DNA from: Eledone cirrhosa
Taxonomy: Eukaryota
DNA length: 64,000 nucleotides
Direction of reading: 5' to 3'
NCBI GenBank assembly: GCA_964016885.1
Contig: OZ024740.1
Span: 234,422,001 to 234,486,000 of the forward strand
Numbering within the stretch: position 1 is the first letter of the stretch; the number at the start of each line of letters is the position of its first letter. The position numbers and the translations under genes are program-made. This document shows positions 14,736 through 28,811 of the stretch, piece by piece. The notes under the pieces are model-generated. The model did no database searches, was not told the origin of the DNA, and worked only from the letters and a program-made list of their open reading frames with translations.

Positions 14736-15387
14736 TATATATGTAAGTATATATGTATATGTATGTATATATGTATGTATGTATATATGTAAGTATATAT
14801 ATATATGTGTGTGTGTGTGTAAGGACTGTGTGAATGTGAGTGTTTAGAGTGTTTATAGTTATTTAAGTGGTTCATTAATTATTCAATCAGTCTCAATCAA
14901 TTGTACTCTATACAATATGCCTATGAATATGTTATAAAGTATTTTTAGGAAATGTTTGTCTATTTTGGGTGTTAGCTTTACAAAATACTCACAAAAGCTA
15001 ACTAAAAATATATTATAGCAGTACATAACCCATTGTTTTGCCTGGGAACAAGTTATATTAGGTTTTTAACTAAATGGTAACAAAGCTATGTAAGGAAGTT
15101 CTACTCGCTCACATGCGCATACACACACGAACACACACACACACATACACATGTATACACATCACAAACACAAACACATAAAACACACACACTTATAGAT
15201 AGGCATACACATCACATACACAAATACATAACACACAACCACACAGAGACACTTAAACACACATACACACATAAACATGTGTACACAGATAAAAGACACG
15301 TGTATGTGTGTGTGGATAATGTATAATACACATGCATATATGTATGTGTATATATACATACATAGATATATATATATATATATGTAT

Positions 15388-15523
15388 GTCCAGAATTAGC
15401 CGTCGAAACGGCTTGAGCTCAGCCGTCGGGGTCCTACTCGTTCCTATTATCCACTCTACTACCCTAAGTATTGAGTACTTTGGTGCGTTATGGTCCACCT
15501 GGTTCCTTACCACATTTCCTCCG

Positions 15524-15526
<3 letters not shown>
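15388..15526 (+). mobile_element. Copy of the 12012-12259 cassette family
   Basis: Near-identical to 12121-12259; followed by (TA)n. Confidence 0.85.
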
Positions 15527-15567
<41 letters not shown>

Positions 15568-15692
15568 TGTATGTATTTATGTCTGTATGTTTGTATGTAT
15601 GCATGTATGAATATATGTATATATGTATATATGTATGTATATATGTAAGTATATATGTATATGTATGTATATATGTATATATATGTAAGTAC

Positions 15693-15723
<31 letters not shown>

Positions 15724-15755
15724 TATAAGGAAGTATATATGTATATGTATAAATA

Positions 15756-15789
<34 letters not shown>

Positions 15790-15793
<4 letters not shown>

Positions 15794-15834
15794 AAGAAAA
15801 AGTGTGAGAGAGAGTGAGAGAGTGTGAAAGAGAA

Positions 15835-15884
<50 letters not shown>

Positions 15885-16095
15885 CGAGAGAGAGAGTGAG
15901 AGTGCAAGATAGAGAGTGAGAGAGTATATAAGAAAGTATATATGGTATGTATAAATATATATATATATATATATATATAGTGAAAGAAAAAGTGTGAGAG
16001 AGAGTGAGAGAGTGTGAAAGAGAATGTGTGAGAGAGAGAGAGAGAGAGAGTGCGAGAGAGAGAGTGAGAGCGCAAGATAGAGAGTGAGAGAGAGA
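15790..16095. repeat. Tandem duplication (~190 bp) of a (GA)n-rich unit
   Basis: GTGAAAGAAAAAGTGTGAGAG at 15790 and 15980. Confidence 0.8.
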
Positions 16096-16528
16096 ATGAA
16101 AGACTGAAAGAGAGAGGGGGGGGGCGAATACCGTTAACATGTATGAAACTATTTTAGAACATTTTCCCACATCCCTATTTTTATTTATTTCATGACTTCT
16201 CAATAAAACTTTACAACGACTATTCTATTTCTAGCCGTCGTGTGTGACAGACGGACTAAAGGTCCAATACAAACATTTGAATATAGACTTGTACAATATG
16301 GCGTCCTACATAGGCTGTTGTTCGGCAGAAGGGGGCGGGGGGTACTGTTCCGCTTCTTTAAATAACTGAAGCAAAACTCTAATTTTGAATCCTGTGAACG
16401 TACAAACATACACATACAGAGTAAGTGAGAGAGGGGGATGAGGCAAAGAATGAGACAGTGAGACATGTGTGTGTTTATTGACGAGGTTATAGTATGAAGT
16501 ATCTAGATTTGTGTGTGTGTGTGTGTGT

Positions 16529-16845
16529 GTAAAGCGTAAAGAGACTCCCTTCGGTCACAAATAACCATGGGATTTGCACCGAGAAAGTCCCCCCCCCCCG
16601 AGGTACAAGTCCATGTATACCAGACTCCCCTATCCTCGCTACTAATGTTGTCTAAGAGAAAGGCAATGGCCAATACAGCTTGACACCTGTGACGTTGCAA
16701 CTCATTTCTACAGCTGAGTAAACTGAGGCAGCGTGAAATAAAGTTTCTTGCTCAAGGACACAACGCATCACCCGGTCCGAGAATCAAACTCACAACCTCC
16801 CGATTGCAAGCCCAATGCTCTAACCACTAAACCATGCGCCTTCAC
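16529..16845 (-). mobile_element. tRNA-derived CORE-type SINE
   Basis: Minus-strand head TGGTTTAGTGGTTAGAGC..GAGTTTGATTC; CATTTCTACAGCTGAGTAAACTGAGGC..CTTGCTCAAGGACACA resembles the MIR CORE domain. Confidence 0.75.
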
Positions 16846-16872
16846 ACACACACACACACACACACACAGACT

Positions 16873-16920
<48 letters not shown>

Positions 16921-17303
16921 CGCGCGCGTTTGCATATATATATGTGTGTATATGTGTATGTGTGTGTGTGTGTGTATTACTTAGCGATTATGCTTCTCTG
17001 AGGAGTTCTAAAAAGTTCGAAACATGTTAGTTTTTTGCTCTAATTTGGTTTTTCGCTGTAGTTTTTTCTGTGTATTGTCTCTGACCCCTTCCATTGTGGC
17101 TTGTAGTTTTCGTCTTGTGTTAGGTCTTGTTTTATAATGTCGGGGTAATGCTGAAACCTTTGGGGGCGGGAGGCTGTCGTGCATTTTTAGAATGCAGTTA
17201 CTACCTCCAAATTACTGAAATTACCAACTAAATGTCTTACTTTCAGATAATTAACTGACAACTGCTTGAGAAAATGTTTAGAAAAAAACTATAACCAGAA
17301 ATA

Positions 17304-17843
17304 CGAGGGTAGGCGAAACGTTCCTAGGCTGACTATGAAGGAGTGATGCTAGAGCTGGGAAATCTAGCATGCATTAATTTCAACTCATCTTACTAATAAC
17401 CGCATTGTTTCTTTCCAGAGACTATATTGAAAAATAAATCTCATTTGGTCATTCCATGAGAGTATCTTGGTCAGCCTATCAACTTTTCTGCCGATCCCCG
17501 TAAAAAATGGATTTCTAAATTTTACGGAAGAAATAGTGCCAACAGTCGTCAATAACATTGTTAAACTAACCAATAAAGGGAAAATACAAAATATGAATGT
17601 GGAAGATTTGGAGGAGTTAATAGTGTCAGTAAAATATTATTTGTTGAAGTACTGCAAGATTTATGAGTGTCGGCTAAAAGATACTCTCATGGAATTACCA
17701 AATGTAGTTTATTTTTCAACATAGTCTCTGAAAAGAAACAATGCAGTTATTAATAAGAAGAGTTGAAATTAATGCTTGCAAGATTTCACAGCTCTAACAT
17801 CACTCCTTCATGGTAAACCTATGAACTTTTCAGCCCACCCTCG
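17304..17843. mobile_element. Mariner-type MITE with ~135 bp imperfect TIRs and TA target duplication
   Basis: TA|CGAGGGT...ACCCTCG|TA; arms about 17304-17438/17708-17843. Confidence 0.85.
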
Positions 17844-18374
17844 TAGTTTAGCAAGGTATCCAAAATGAACCTGAAGACACGTGGAAGCAGTGATATCAGA
17901 AATAAATTTACTGTTGAATTCCTCAGAAACTTCATCACCAAGATTAAAGAAATCATGAATCAGTTTACAGAGAATACCTTCACTGAAAAAGAAGTATCAT
18001 GGCGAAGCGAAGGTTTTCGGGCATAATATCTGATTATAAGGAATTGCTTTGTAAGAGAAGACTCAAGAATACGTACAAGACTCAGATGCAGTTTATTCTG
18101 TTCTATTTCTCAAAGCTGCATTTCAACTGAATTAATGATGAGTAAGCCTCTGTACTCGTAATTAATGTTGATTAATTTAATCTGGTTCATAATTTTATTA
18201 TACCATTAGATTTTAATTGAGTTATCATACCTGTAGAGCACAATGTGCAACATTACATTGTGTAAGTTTATCTAAAATCAGTAAATGTTTGGCGGATTCG
18301 ACAGCGAATTTTTGGATTTTTCGGTAGTTTGGAGATGGCTATCTTCTTCGTTTGTATCTGTTAAAAGTATCAGT

Positions 18375-18441
18375 TAAAAATATCACTGCTAAAAATATCA
18401 CTGCTAAAAATATCACTGTTAAAAATATCACTGTTAAAAAT
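18375..18441. repeat. 15-bp tandem repeat (TAAAAATATCACTGY), about 4.5 copies
   Basis: Directly visible. Confidence 0.85.
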
Positions 18442-19696
18442 AGCCTATCAAGTTGGTATCTCTATTTATTCAATTTGATTGTCTACTGTTCGCATTTAAT
18501 AGTTCATTAATAATTGTTATGTTCTCATACTGCTTTTGGAAACTATACTAGTCGATGCTGCACGCCGCAACGAAGTCATTTTAAAAGTTTTTCACGCCTG
18601 AGCACGGCTGGAGGAGTTTGCAATATTTCATCTTCTGGATTTGGTTCATTTATTTCTTCTAATTTAAATTCTACATCAGTAAGTTTCATATATAACTGAC
18701 TGTATCAGCTTATTTTCAACTTCAACTTCATCAACAATTGCCGACCAATTTTCAAACTTTTTATGTCGTATGGAGTCATCTCAAGAATTTCATTTCGTAA
18801 TTTGCTCTAATTCCTTGTCCTTAAGAGTTTCTGTGTTTGTTTTAAACGATTCCATCTATCTTTGAAGCAATTTTGAATATTCCACACCAATGTGGCTCTG
18901 ACTTGAACTTTATGGAAAATGTATAACTGGTTATATTTGTAGAGAACCAGTAATTGAACAGTTTGTATCCCAATTGTACAGTCGTGTTCATTCCCCTATA
19001 CAACACAGCACACTTAAATTTAATAGAGAGGATGTAGAAATAGAAATATTCACAATTCGGACCCTAAAAGCTGTCATAGTATCATTTATTAACTCCCACA
19101 TTCACTAGGTGATTAATTATGGATGTGTATTTAGAAAGTAAACAATATAACCAAACAGAATATGGTTTTTGCTAAATAGGAACTAGAGAAAACCAGATGG
19201 GGTCGATATCACATTTCTCTTGCAGACGAGTCTATTCTCTCTAGTGGTTAAAGCTTCTAAATTATTTTGAAGCAAGGAAAATTTAGAAATAATCAACTTA
19301 GTTGTTCTATTGTATTCTATGTAATATTTGTCGATTATCAAACGAACCTAGATTCAGGAGCTGTGGGGAAAATAGAAGGCAGAACTTCGAAGAATTTTAA
19401 TTGAGGATTGTTTAGCGCCCTTATCAACAAAAACCAAAAGTAAGCTACCATATATTTGAACCTTTTAGAACTGATGGATGTATTTCACAATGTTAAACCT
19501 GCAATGTAATGTGGTAGAGACGAACAATTATCCGTTCTTGCCATGCACTCCTCACACTCACATTTTGTGGTAGTTTTGTCATCTGGGTGGGTAAGATAAA
19601 TTAAATACCAGGAGTAGACTTTGCGGTCTATAAAAACCCATTTCGTTAGCGTACAAATCTTGCCGACGTCAGATTCGTGGTCTTATAAGATATTCG

Positions 19697-19745
<49 letters not shown>

Positions 19746-21010
19746 TGTTAAAACGATCAAATTTTAGTTTAGAATTTGCTGGCAATTGTTTCTTCCAGAG
19801 GGAAGTCTGGAATATCGGAGCATAAGGAATGTCGAAACATGTAACTAAAATCCTAGTCATTTAGAACATTTAGGGTACAAACTTGTTATTAGTTTCAAAG
19901 GCATCATGTGGAGAGTCAGGAGTTAAAAAGATATTCTGCTTGAAAAACCACAATTACAGGCAGCGCTGGTTGGAAGTGTAATAGATATAGGTAAAAAGCA
20001 CAAGCAAAGAATCACAAGCAAAAAAAATACAGGCAATAAAGTTATAAGCAAGGAAAATTGGTGTACAATGCAGGAGTCAATACAGTCAATAAGGCATGTA
20101 TGAGGTAAGAGTTATACTGCAGGTGAAATAAATATATTTTGTGTGGGGTGTTAAAGCATGTTATAATTGTTATAAATGTTTAAGATAGTGTGCAATTTGT
20201 TAGAGAGGCATGTGGTGATAATGTAGGTGTTTGTTATGTAAGGTGTAATGCAAAGCACTAGATAGAGTTGGGTATGTGATTTTCATTTAAGTGTTTCTGT
20301 GTTGTAGTTCGTATTTATGTGTATGTGTTGTTTGTTACTCACAGCTATTAACCATGGGGTTATTTTGAGTCGTTTATAGTCAATAGGTGTTTGTTTGTTA
20401 AATATAAATTCCGCCGAATTACTGGCCATGTTGTTATTTTAGGTATATTATTTTATGCATTTTTTTATCTACATATTATCTTTTCTAGGGTTTGTATTAA
20501 CCGTTATTAAGCTGTTGGTAAACCGTTATGTTGCTCAATTTTATAAGTTTACACAGGAAGTGTATATATATATAATTTATTTTTAGTATATTTTTTATTT
20601 TATTTTATTTTATTTTATTTTATTTTTCTTCATTTCATTTTATTATATTATCTTTATTATTATTTTTTATCTTTATTTTTATATTTTTTATTACTTTAAT
20701 ATAATTTATATTATGTTTTAATATTTGCCTGAATTTCTTTATGTATTTTTTATGTATTTTATGCATTTTTATGTATTTATTATGTACTTTTTAATGCTTT
20801 CACACTTTTCGATTTTACTTTCTACATTTTTGAGTGCCATCTACTGTGTCTTCATCTTGTTGAATTCAATTGTACCTTGGTATTTTGCAGTGATGCTTAG
20901 TAACCCCAGCATGAATCTCTTTGTTAGCTATCTCCAATCCCCCTATTATTTTTATGATTGTTCGTGTGACTAAGTTATTGTGGAGCTTATACTCAACACG
21001 GTATTTGTTG

Positions 21011-21063
21011 AGCTCTGATGATTCCTGCCTAAAGGGGAGGATGAAACATTGTTAGTGAATAAA
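21011..21063 (+). ncRNA. Partly decayed HHR motif followed by AATAAA, at the end of a T-rich PLE-like 3' region
   Basis: GCT-CTGATGA-TTCCT..AGGAT-GAAAC att GTT-AGT. Confidence 0.55.
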
Positions 21064-21202
21064 GACTGTTTGAGTATGTAAGCGTTCTTTGGTTTCTTTT
21101 GCATATAACGGCTCTGTCTATGTACATTGAGCTAACACAATACTGCAATAATACAGTACGGTGAGTAGCTGTTTATGCACATACGCTCCGAACTTTACGT
21201 AA

Positions 21203-21260
<58 letters not shown>

Positions 21261-21462
21261 TTAGGTTTGTTGGTTCACCACTGGATAGAACTGGTCATTC
21301 CGTATAGTCAACCTTGATGTGATATTAGGAAGAGCACTCGACGTAATACAACTCACCCATCTCGTAATGCAACTCACACAGTCTTGTTGGTGGTGCGAGT
21401 ACGGAGTTAATTATTATAAAATAACAGGAGGCTGGACTGGTGTAATTCCTTAAAGAATTATT

Positions 21463-21520
21463 ATACTATGAACATTTCAATGACCGGGTTCAGTATCAAT
21501 CCAGTGACATCATCAGGTAT
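21463..21520 (-). ncRNA. HHR motif in TA-flanked cassette 21260-21545; homologous to 60621-60678
   Basis: Minus strand ATAC-CTGATGA..GAAAT gttc ATA-GTAT. Confidence 0.75.
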
Positions 21521-21542
21521 TCCGAAATTTAACAAAGGAATG

Positions 21543-21612
<70 letters not shown>

Positions 21613-22016
21613 TTATTTATTTATTTATTAAAATAACAGATTAAAGTTTAAGCAAAGAATCGCTGCTTTCACCCTTAACGGGATCTTCTGAAACTAACAA
21701 AGTCAATCTGAGAACGCAGAAGTGAATATTTCAAAAAACGTTGCAACCGGAGGAAGACAGGAAGACGATACTTTGGTTCGTGGAAACGTTCCCTGACAAA
21801 GAACGTGAAAAAAAACGAATATAATACGTCATTATTTGGAGCGGTGAAAAACAATTACACGCAAAGACAAAACCACGTTTATGGTATAAATGAAGTCGTT
21901 GACTAATATTCTATTAGGTGGTTCATAGAGACGTTCTCTGGCAATGAACGGAAAAAACGAAGATTATACGTCATATGTGGAGCGTGGGGAACAATTGCAC
22001 GCAAAGACAAAACCAC

Positions 22017-23260
22017 AATGCCCGTAAGTCGGTGATTAATTTCGACGACTCTATTTGGATTAAAAAATCTAATAGTACCCCATTCGAGGTGAGTATGGGC
22101 GCCAGCGATTCTGCGGAGGTTACTGATCTTATCGGCCTTTTCCTCCTTTTCTCTATCAAGGACGAATTCCCCAACGTGGGCGGTGGTTTGTACCGTGATG
22201 ATGGTCTTTTGACCATGACTAAGTGCGGCCCACGTGCTTGCGACAGGATCAGAAAAGAACTCACAGCCTTCTATAAAAGTTTCAACCTCTCTATACAGGT
22301 TGAGGCCAACCTCTCGGTCGTTAATTACCTCGACGTTACCCTCAATTTATCGAATGGCTTGTATTACCCGTATAGAAAGCCGAATGATACGCTTAATTAC
22401 ATAAGTAAGCATTCTAACCATCCTGCCAGCATAACCAAGAACCTGGTAAGAAACGTTTCTTTGAGGCTTTCCCATCTATCTTCTAACGAGCATATTTTCA
22501 ACGACCATTCCACATATTACAATGAAGCTCTTGCTCGGGGTGGATTTGTCGATAAGGTAGCATATACAGAGTACGAGAATAGACCTAGAAGAAATAGACC
22601 CCGACGCATTATATGGTATAACCCACCATATAATATGGAGGTAGCCACACCATTAGCTAAGATCTTTCTCTCCCTCTTTACGAAGCATTTTCCCCCTATA
22701 CATAAATATAGTAAAATTTTTAATAGAAATACTATTAAAATTTCTTACTCTACGACTCCTAACCTTGCACATAACATCACAGCTTCTAATTTAGCTAAAC
22801 TACCTAGCCGTAGGAACACGTGCAACCCTGTAGTTAGTACTTACTGTAATTGTAGGAATCGGGTTGACTGCCCCCTATCCGGGAAATGCCTCTCTAGTAA
22901 CATTGTCTACAAATGTAAGGTTGAAACACCCACGTCCCGTAGGGCCTACATAGGGTTAACTGCCAATAGATTCAAGCAGCGTCTTTACATGCATACCCAT
23001 TCTTTTCGTTACCCTCTAAGAAGGAATATGACGTCACTTTCAGCTTATATCTGGAGTCTAAAAGACAACCACACCCAATATCAGTTACATAGGGAGATCC
23101 TAGCTAGGGCTAGATCGTATAACGGAAATAAAAGACCATGTGACCCCTGCACTGCTGAGGCCCTGGAAATACTCTACGCCACAGACCACATCTTAAACAA
23201 AAATCTGAGGCAATTTCGGCTTGTAAACATAAATTGCACAAAACTTTCCTGTATTACAGC
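22017..23260 (+). pseudogene. PLE RT (C-terminal half) and GIY-YIG endonuclease, nearly intact, frameshift near 23200
   Basis: VSMGASDSAE, GLYRDDGL, YLDVTLNL, SNHP, WYNPPY, CNCRNRVDCP, IVYKC..YIGLT..FKQR, CDPC. Confidence 0.9.
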
Positions 23261-23915
23261 CCCACATTATACCCTAACGGATAGTACAATCTATACGCGG
23301 ATATTTTACGTCTTGATGTGGTAGCTAAGTATATGTTATGTTTATACCATTACTTATTTGTATAGGTAAGTATATATTACCTGTATGTTTTGTGAAGGTA
23401 CGTATACTTTCTCGTACGTATATTTGATTGTATATGTTATGGCGTATATTTTATATATTCTGGTACATATGCTTTTGATTATGTGTATACGTGAGTTTTG
23501 CGTCTATGTGAGTATGCGGGTTCGTACGTATGTAGGGTGTGTGTATATGTGTACTTCTTGTTTTGGTTGACGTACGTCTCCGAACATATATGTAGGTATG
23601 TGTGTGCGCTTGTTATATATGTACTTATTTATTTATATACGTTTATTTAATTATTCTTAACTCTGAAGCCGAGAATCATTCGGTTTGCTAGTTAGAATTT
23701 TAGTCTACGACTTCAGTTATACTATTTACGTGGTTTTGTCTTTGCGTGCAATTGTTCCCCACGCTCCACATATGACGTATTATCTTCGTTTTTTCCGTTC
23801 AATGCCAGAGAACGTCTCTATGAACCACCTAATAGAATATTAGTCTACGACTTCTTTGATACCATGAACGTGGTTTTGTCTTTGCGTGTAATTGTTTTTC
23901 ACGGCTCCAAATAAT

Positions 23916-24107
23916 TGTTTCTACTTTAGGCACAAAGCCAGCAATTACCCAGTGCATTACTGGTACTTTATTTTATCGACCCCGTAAGGATGAAAGGCAA
24001 AGTCAACCTCGGCGGGATTTGAACTTAGATCGTAAAGGGACGTCACTATGCTGGAAAGCATGGCGTCCGACCCTCTACCGATACTGCCAATCCACCGCCA
24101 ATCCACC
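23916..24107 (-). mobile_element. tRNA-derived SINE with 12-bp TSD GCTCCAAATAAT
   Basis: B-box-like GTTCAAATCC; TSD at 23904-23915 and 24108-24119; empty site visible in the left arm near 21830. Confidence 0.9.
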
Positions 24108-24253
24108 GCTCCAAATAATGACGTATTATATTCGTTTTTTTCCCGTTCTTTGCCAGGGAACGTTTCCACGAACCAAAGTATCGTCTTCCTGTCTTCCTCC
24201 GGTTGCAACGTTTTTTGAAATATTCACTTCTGCGTTCTCAGATTGACTTTGTT

Positions 24254-24304
24254 AGTTTCAGAAGATCCCGTTAAGGGTGAAAGCAGCGATTCTTTGCTTA
24301 AACT
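24254..24304 (+). ncRNA. HHR-like fold with non-canonical CAGAAGA core
   Basis: AGTTT-CAGAAGA-TCCC gttaa GGGT-GAA-AGCA..TGCT-T-AAACT. Confidence 0.65.
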
Positions 24305-24436
24305 TTAATCTGTTATTTTAATAAATATTTGCTCTACGGTTCTTATATATTTGATATATATTTATCCTTATCGAGCCCTCTTTGGATTTTAGTCTTCAAA
24401 TTTATTATTATTACTATATATATATATATATATATA

Positions 24437-25692
24437 TGAAAAAGGGAGAAAGATACGATTATGAGGAAGAAAAATTTTTTTTTTCCTTTTTGTTTCTCTC
24501 TCTCTCTCTCTTCTGGGTTAGAAAATGATTAAAACGAAATGTTTTACTTTGTGTGAAGTGTTAAGGTATTAGTTGATTTATTTATTATTTAACAATGGCA
24601 TTTATTTATCTATTTATATATTTAATTATTGTCTATTACCGGTTTCAGCATTTATATGCATTATCAAATGATAGTGAAATGTATTAGTGTGGTGTCGCAC
24701 ATGTTAAACAGAAGGTGCAGAAAGAATAATGTTATATACAAACAAGGTTTAAGAAGTGAAAAGAAAAAAGAAAGAGGAAAATAAACGTGCATAATGTGGA
24801 ACGTAAAAAGTCAATGTGGAAGAAAAAATAATGTTATTTACAAGCACAGTCATTGAAGTTAAGCAGTTCAAAATGTGTTAATATAGCAAGAGTGCTTAGT
24901 TGAACCATGGTTCCGTGAAGGAGGCAAATGGTGGACTGAGGTTTGATATGATTTCCCTTTTTAGAGAGTTAATATGTAGGGGGAAGCAATTCTTGCTGGG
25001 TGATATTTAATTTATTTAAGAAAAAGGATTAGGTAGGGTGTGAGGGAGGTAACTCTTGTAAATGTTTGATAGTTTGTTGCAGTTTTAGATTGGTCCGATT
25101 TTTTGAGCATTGAGTAGTGGTTGAAATGTATTAATGAAATGTGTTTCCTTATTGGTACGTTGGATGAAAATAATGTTGTCTATGAATTTGTAAATGGGGT
25201 AAAATTTTTAAGTTTGGATATTGGTTGAGAGCACAATTGGCGATATGTTCACTAAATGCAATCTTTCTGTATTCCTGTATTTTAATTTGTGATTTATGGA
25301 CAGTCATATGTTGACGGAGGCTGTTTTTTGTCTGTCCTATGTAGTGCTCTTGACAACCTGAGCAGGTCAAAACATAGATAAGGTTTTCAGATGCACATGT
25401 AAAGTTGTGTTTAACTGTGAAACATTGTCCTTGTTTAAAATGAAATGTTGAACCTTCTATTAGATTTATGCATATGCCACAGTTGGGCCTTCCGCATGTT
25501 GTTACTGTAGGGTTCATTGTGAGGGTTTGCTGGATTTTAGCTTGTGCGAGGATGCTTTTTATGGATTTGCGTTGTCTTTTGCTCTTTATGATGTTGTGTG
25601 TTTTGAGGATATAGTTCATTCTTGGGTCTCTTTTTAGTAAAGGAATGTTCTGGAGGATGGTGTCGAATGCCTCATTGTTGAGGGGGTTGTGT
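24437..25692 (-). mobile_element. PLE 3' fragment, GIY-YIG with CCHH finger (Neptune-like), decayed HHR at about 24633-24674
   Basis: CGRPNCGIC..FTCASENLIYVLTCSGCQEHYIGQT..H..EH; minus strand TTGATAA-TGCAT..ATGC-TGAAACCGGTA. Confidence 0.8.
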
Positions 25693-25694
25693 GT

Positions 25695-25750
<56 letters not shown>

Positions 25751-25753
<3 letters not shown>

Positions 25754-28486
25754 AAAGTTAAACAAGGTTCAATGAATACATCAAAGAATGAGTTTTACAA
25801 TAGATTGGAAGCACTCAACTGGAAAAAAGGTTTTCTAGAGGTATTAATATTAATTCAAAATATTAACAATATTCTTGTGATCAATTATATTTTATTATAC
25901 ATATTTCAGAGGTACTGAGTTAAGTTCAACAGTACGTCCTCATCAGATAAAATAAAATGATACATGACATACCCTGACATAGTAGATGGTTAAGATTCAG
26001 TCATGGTAGTGATTAACTTATGACAAAACTCAATATTTATACCCTAGGAGCAACTTCTTCGACATTTAAATCGAGATTTGCGAATCACAAATGCTCATTT
26101 TAGAATTTTAATAGGAAGTCTTCGACTTCTTTATTACAACTTATATGGTCATTAAAAGACAAAAATGTAAAATACTCGATCTTTTGGACGAAGCTTTGTA
26201 ATAGTAAAATATATACCAACTCATCCATATCAATTAACTGCAACCTCTGTACAAAGGAGACCTTATTAATAATTACTAATTATGAAAACTTAATTAACAA
26301 AAAAAGTGAATTATTCTCAAACTGCCTTCATAAAGCTTTGTCTACATTCCAAGCCTCGCAAAAAGTCAGGAAAAACAGTAAACAATCAGGCCTGATTTTT
26401 GTCGTCTCTTATCAACTGTTTGACATAAAAAGTCATAACGGTTTATAAAACTTTAATAATGCTTTATCTTCTAATCATTTATGATAGAATTAATGTTAGA
26501 ATGAAGGACACTCGTTTGATAACTTGTTTAATTAATAGATATTCATACCTTATTATTTTTTGGATATTTATAATTTTGATTCAGATCTGTATTTATCTGT
26601 CTCTGTTTTAAATATATAGTTTGGATATTTAACTTGTAAATTTACTGATTATAATTGAACTGTGGATCATTCATGCGTTTCCATGTTTTATTTTATATAT
26701 TTTACTCATTTTGAGTATGTTTTGGGGGACTCAAAAAGTTAGATTTGCATTTGTTTTTTATGTATATCTAGGTATAAATATAACAAATCATAATAGCCGA
26801 CAAATATTGGTCTATCTCTCCACTGAACTGGAGGTAAGACTACATTTTTAGCATTACTAATAATGATTATATTTATTATTTTTTATTAAATGTATACCGT
26901 TTCATTAATACCTATAATAATATCTCTATATAGTTGTACAAATATCTTTATCTAGTGTAATAACATAATCATAGTTACATTTATAAATAATTTAGACACT
27001 CAAATGACCTTATATTGTTATAAGTGTTTGATATTCCCTGGAAGGTCGAACTTATATAATCATTTACTTAATATAATATAATAAAATATAATTTAATTTA
27101 ACTTATTTTATTTTATTTTATTTTATTTTATTTTAATTAAATTTAGATTAATTTCGGCTTTTTCAAATATTTAGCTCCTCTTTATATCACATTCGCTAAA
27201 ATATTTTAGATATATCTTTTCTATACTATATTAAAACCCTATTGCATTTATAATATATTTTTAATATCGGACATCTTTAAGTTTCGCAAACAATTCATTT
27301 TCTTTTATTTGTATATTTATTTTGTATCTAGCCCCTACCATTAGGACTCATATAGTTTTGATTTATATCTTTATAGTATATATCAACTAAATGAAAATAA
27401 TTGATATAAAACATTAATTCTTTAGCAATATTTTTAACAACATTTTTAAGTATATATATTTTTGAACAATATTTTCAGTAACTTATTTACTATATTGCAT
27501 TATTGCATTATTGTATTATATTATATATATTTGAAAGGTATCGCCTCAATTATAAACAAATAATATACTATAATCTTTGTATTTTTTTATCAATACATAT
27601 ATATAATTAAAAATTCGGACTTATTTATGTTTAGTTATAAGGCCGGTTGATACCTTAGGCACTCAAACTATTTAACAATAAATTCTTTAATAATTATAAC
27701 TATAATTATTTTATAAATTATATTATAGAAACGGTTGTCATTATTATAAATAATTTTGGTAAAGATTACCTTCGTGAAGTTATAAAAGCATTATAGATAT
27801 TTTCTTTCTCGTGTTTCGTAAATCCTTTAAATTTGTTTTCATAAAATTTTAATTTTAGAAATTAAACATAATTATATTATAATATTAATACAAATACCTA
27901 TTGACTTTTAAAACCTAAAATATTATTCATTACTCTGAAATAACTTAAATTAAATATTTTGAAAATTAACCGCCAACTATATTATTTTGGACATGTGTTG
28001 CTTATATGGAGATCTGTGTATATAAACTTTAACATAAATTACTCCCCTTTGTCTCTCTCTCTCTCTCTCTATTTAATCATCTTTCATCTAATTTTTCAAG
28101 CCACCTACTAAATATATTATCACATCAGCTGTTTCTTCCTCTATGTTTTCCTTTCCCTCCTCTTTCTCCAGTAGTTTTTAAAAATTAAAAAAATTATAAT
28201 TGTTATATTGATGCCATGTATTTCTTAAACTTTATTACACGCACCCTCTCTATTGTTTGTATTATGTTATCTCATGTTCTCAATATTAGGGTATAAATAT
28301 TGAGTTTTGTCATACGTTAATCACTACGATGACTGAATCTTAACCATCTACTATGTCAGGGTATGTCATGTATCATTTTATTTTATCTGATGAGGACGTA
28401 CTGTTGAACTTAACTCAGTACCTCTGAAATATGTATAATAAAATATAATTGATCACAAGAATATCTATTTTGTTAATATTTTGAGT
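25751..28486 (+). mobile_element. 5'-truncated PLE: GIY-YIG remnant (26047-26350), ~2 kb AT-rich 3' region, inverted arms, in (TA)n
   Basis: GATSSTFKSRFANHKCSF..TSL..IWSLKD..CNLCTKE..NKKSELFSNCLH; arms 25855-26046/28287-28484. Confidence 0.85.
28379..28445 (+). ncRNA. Type I HHR motif (mirror copy on - strand 25888-25954)
   Basis: TATTTTAT-CTGATGA-GGACGTACTG..CAGTACCTCT-GAAAT atgt ATA-ATAAAATA. Confidence 0.85.
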
Positions 28487-28606
<120 letters not shown>

Positions 28607-28607
28607 G

Positions 28608-28791
28608 GTGGATTGGCAGTATCGGTAGAGGGTCGGACGCCATGCTTTGATGCATAGAGTTATGGCCCTTGTCATTCTGAGTTCAAATCCCGCCGAGGTT
28701 AACTTTGCCTTTCATCCTTACGGGGTCGATAAAATAAAGTACCAGTAATGCTGGGTAATTGCTGGCCTTGTGCCAAAAGTAGAAACAATTA
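28608..28791 (+). mobile_element. tRNA-derived SINE (same family as 23916-24107)
   Basis: TGGCAGTATCGGTAGAG..GAGTTCAAATCCCGCCGAGG..GGGGTCGATAAAATAAAGTACCAG. Confidence 0.9.
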
Positions 28792-28811
28792 TTATATATA
28801 TATATATATAT

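Larger units (their letters stand above)
21624..24416 (+). mobile_element. 5'-truncated Penelope-like element with inverted 5' pLTR, inserted in (TA)n
   Basis: Arms 21624-22016/23730-24325 plus 91-nt tail; RT-GIY-YIG ORF inside. Confidence 0.92.

Noticed and set aside
10934-16203. Many YI/HT/CV-rich ORFs here and throughout the window
   Set aside because: Translations of (TA)n, (CA)n and (CATA)n microsatellites
16995-17032. CTGAGGAG..GAAACATGTT hammerhead-like string
   Set aside because: Stem II does not pair convincingly; at most a decayed remnant
17860-19300. Faint PLE-thumb-like (minus strand KAIPYNQ) and R4 3'-end-like traces
   Set aside because: Too degraded to support by eye; needs a profile search
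21975-22016. Start codon and N-terminus of the 449-aa ORF
   Set aside because: Derived from the inverted pLTR arm fused in frame to a truncated RT; not a real start
28608-28700. tRNA gene
   Set aside because: A/B-box-like head belongs to a multi-copy SINE; no full cloverleaf
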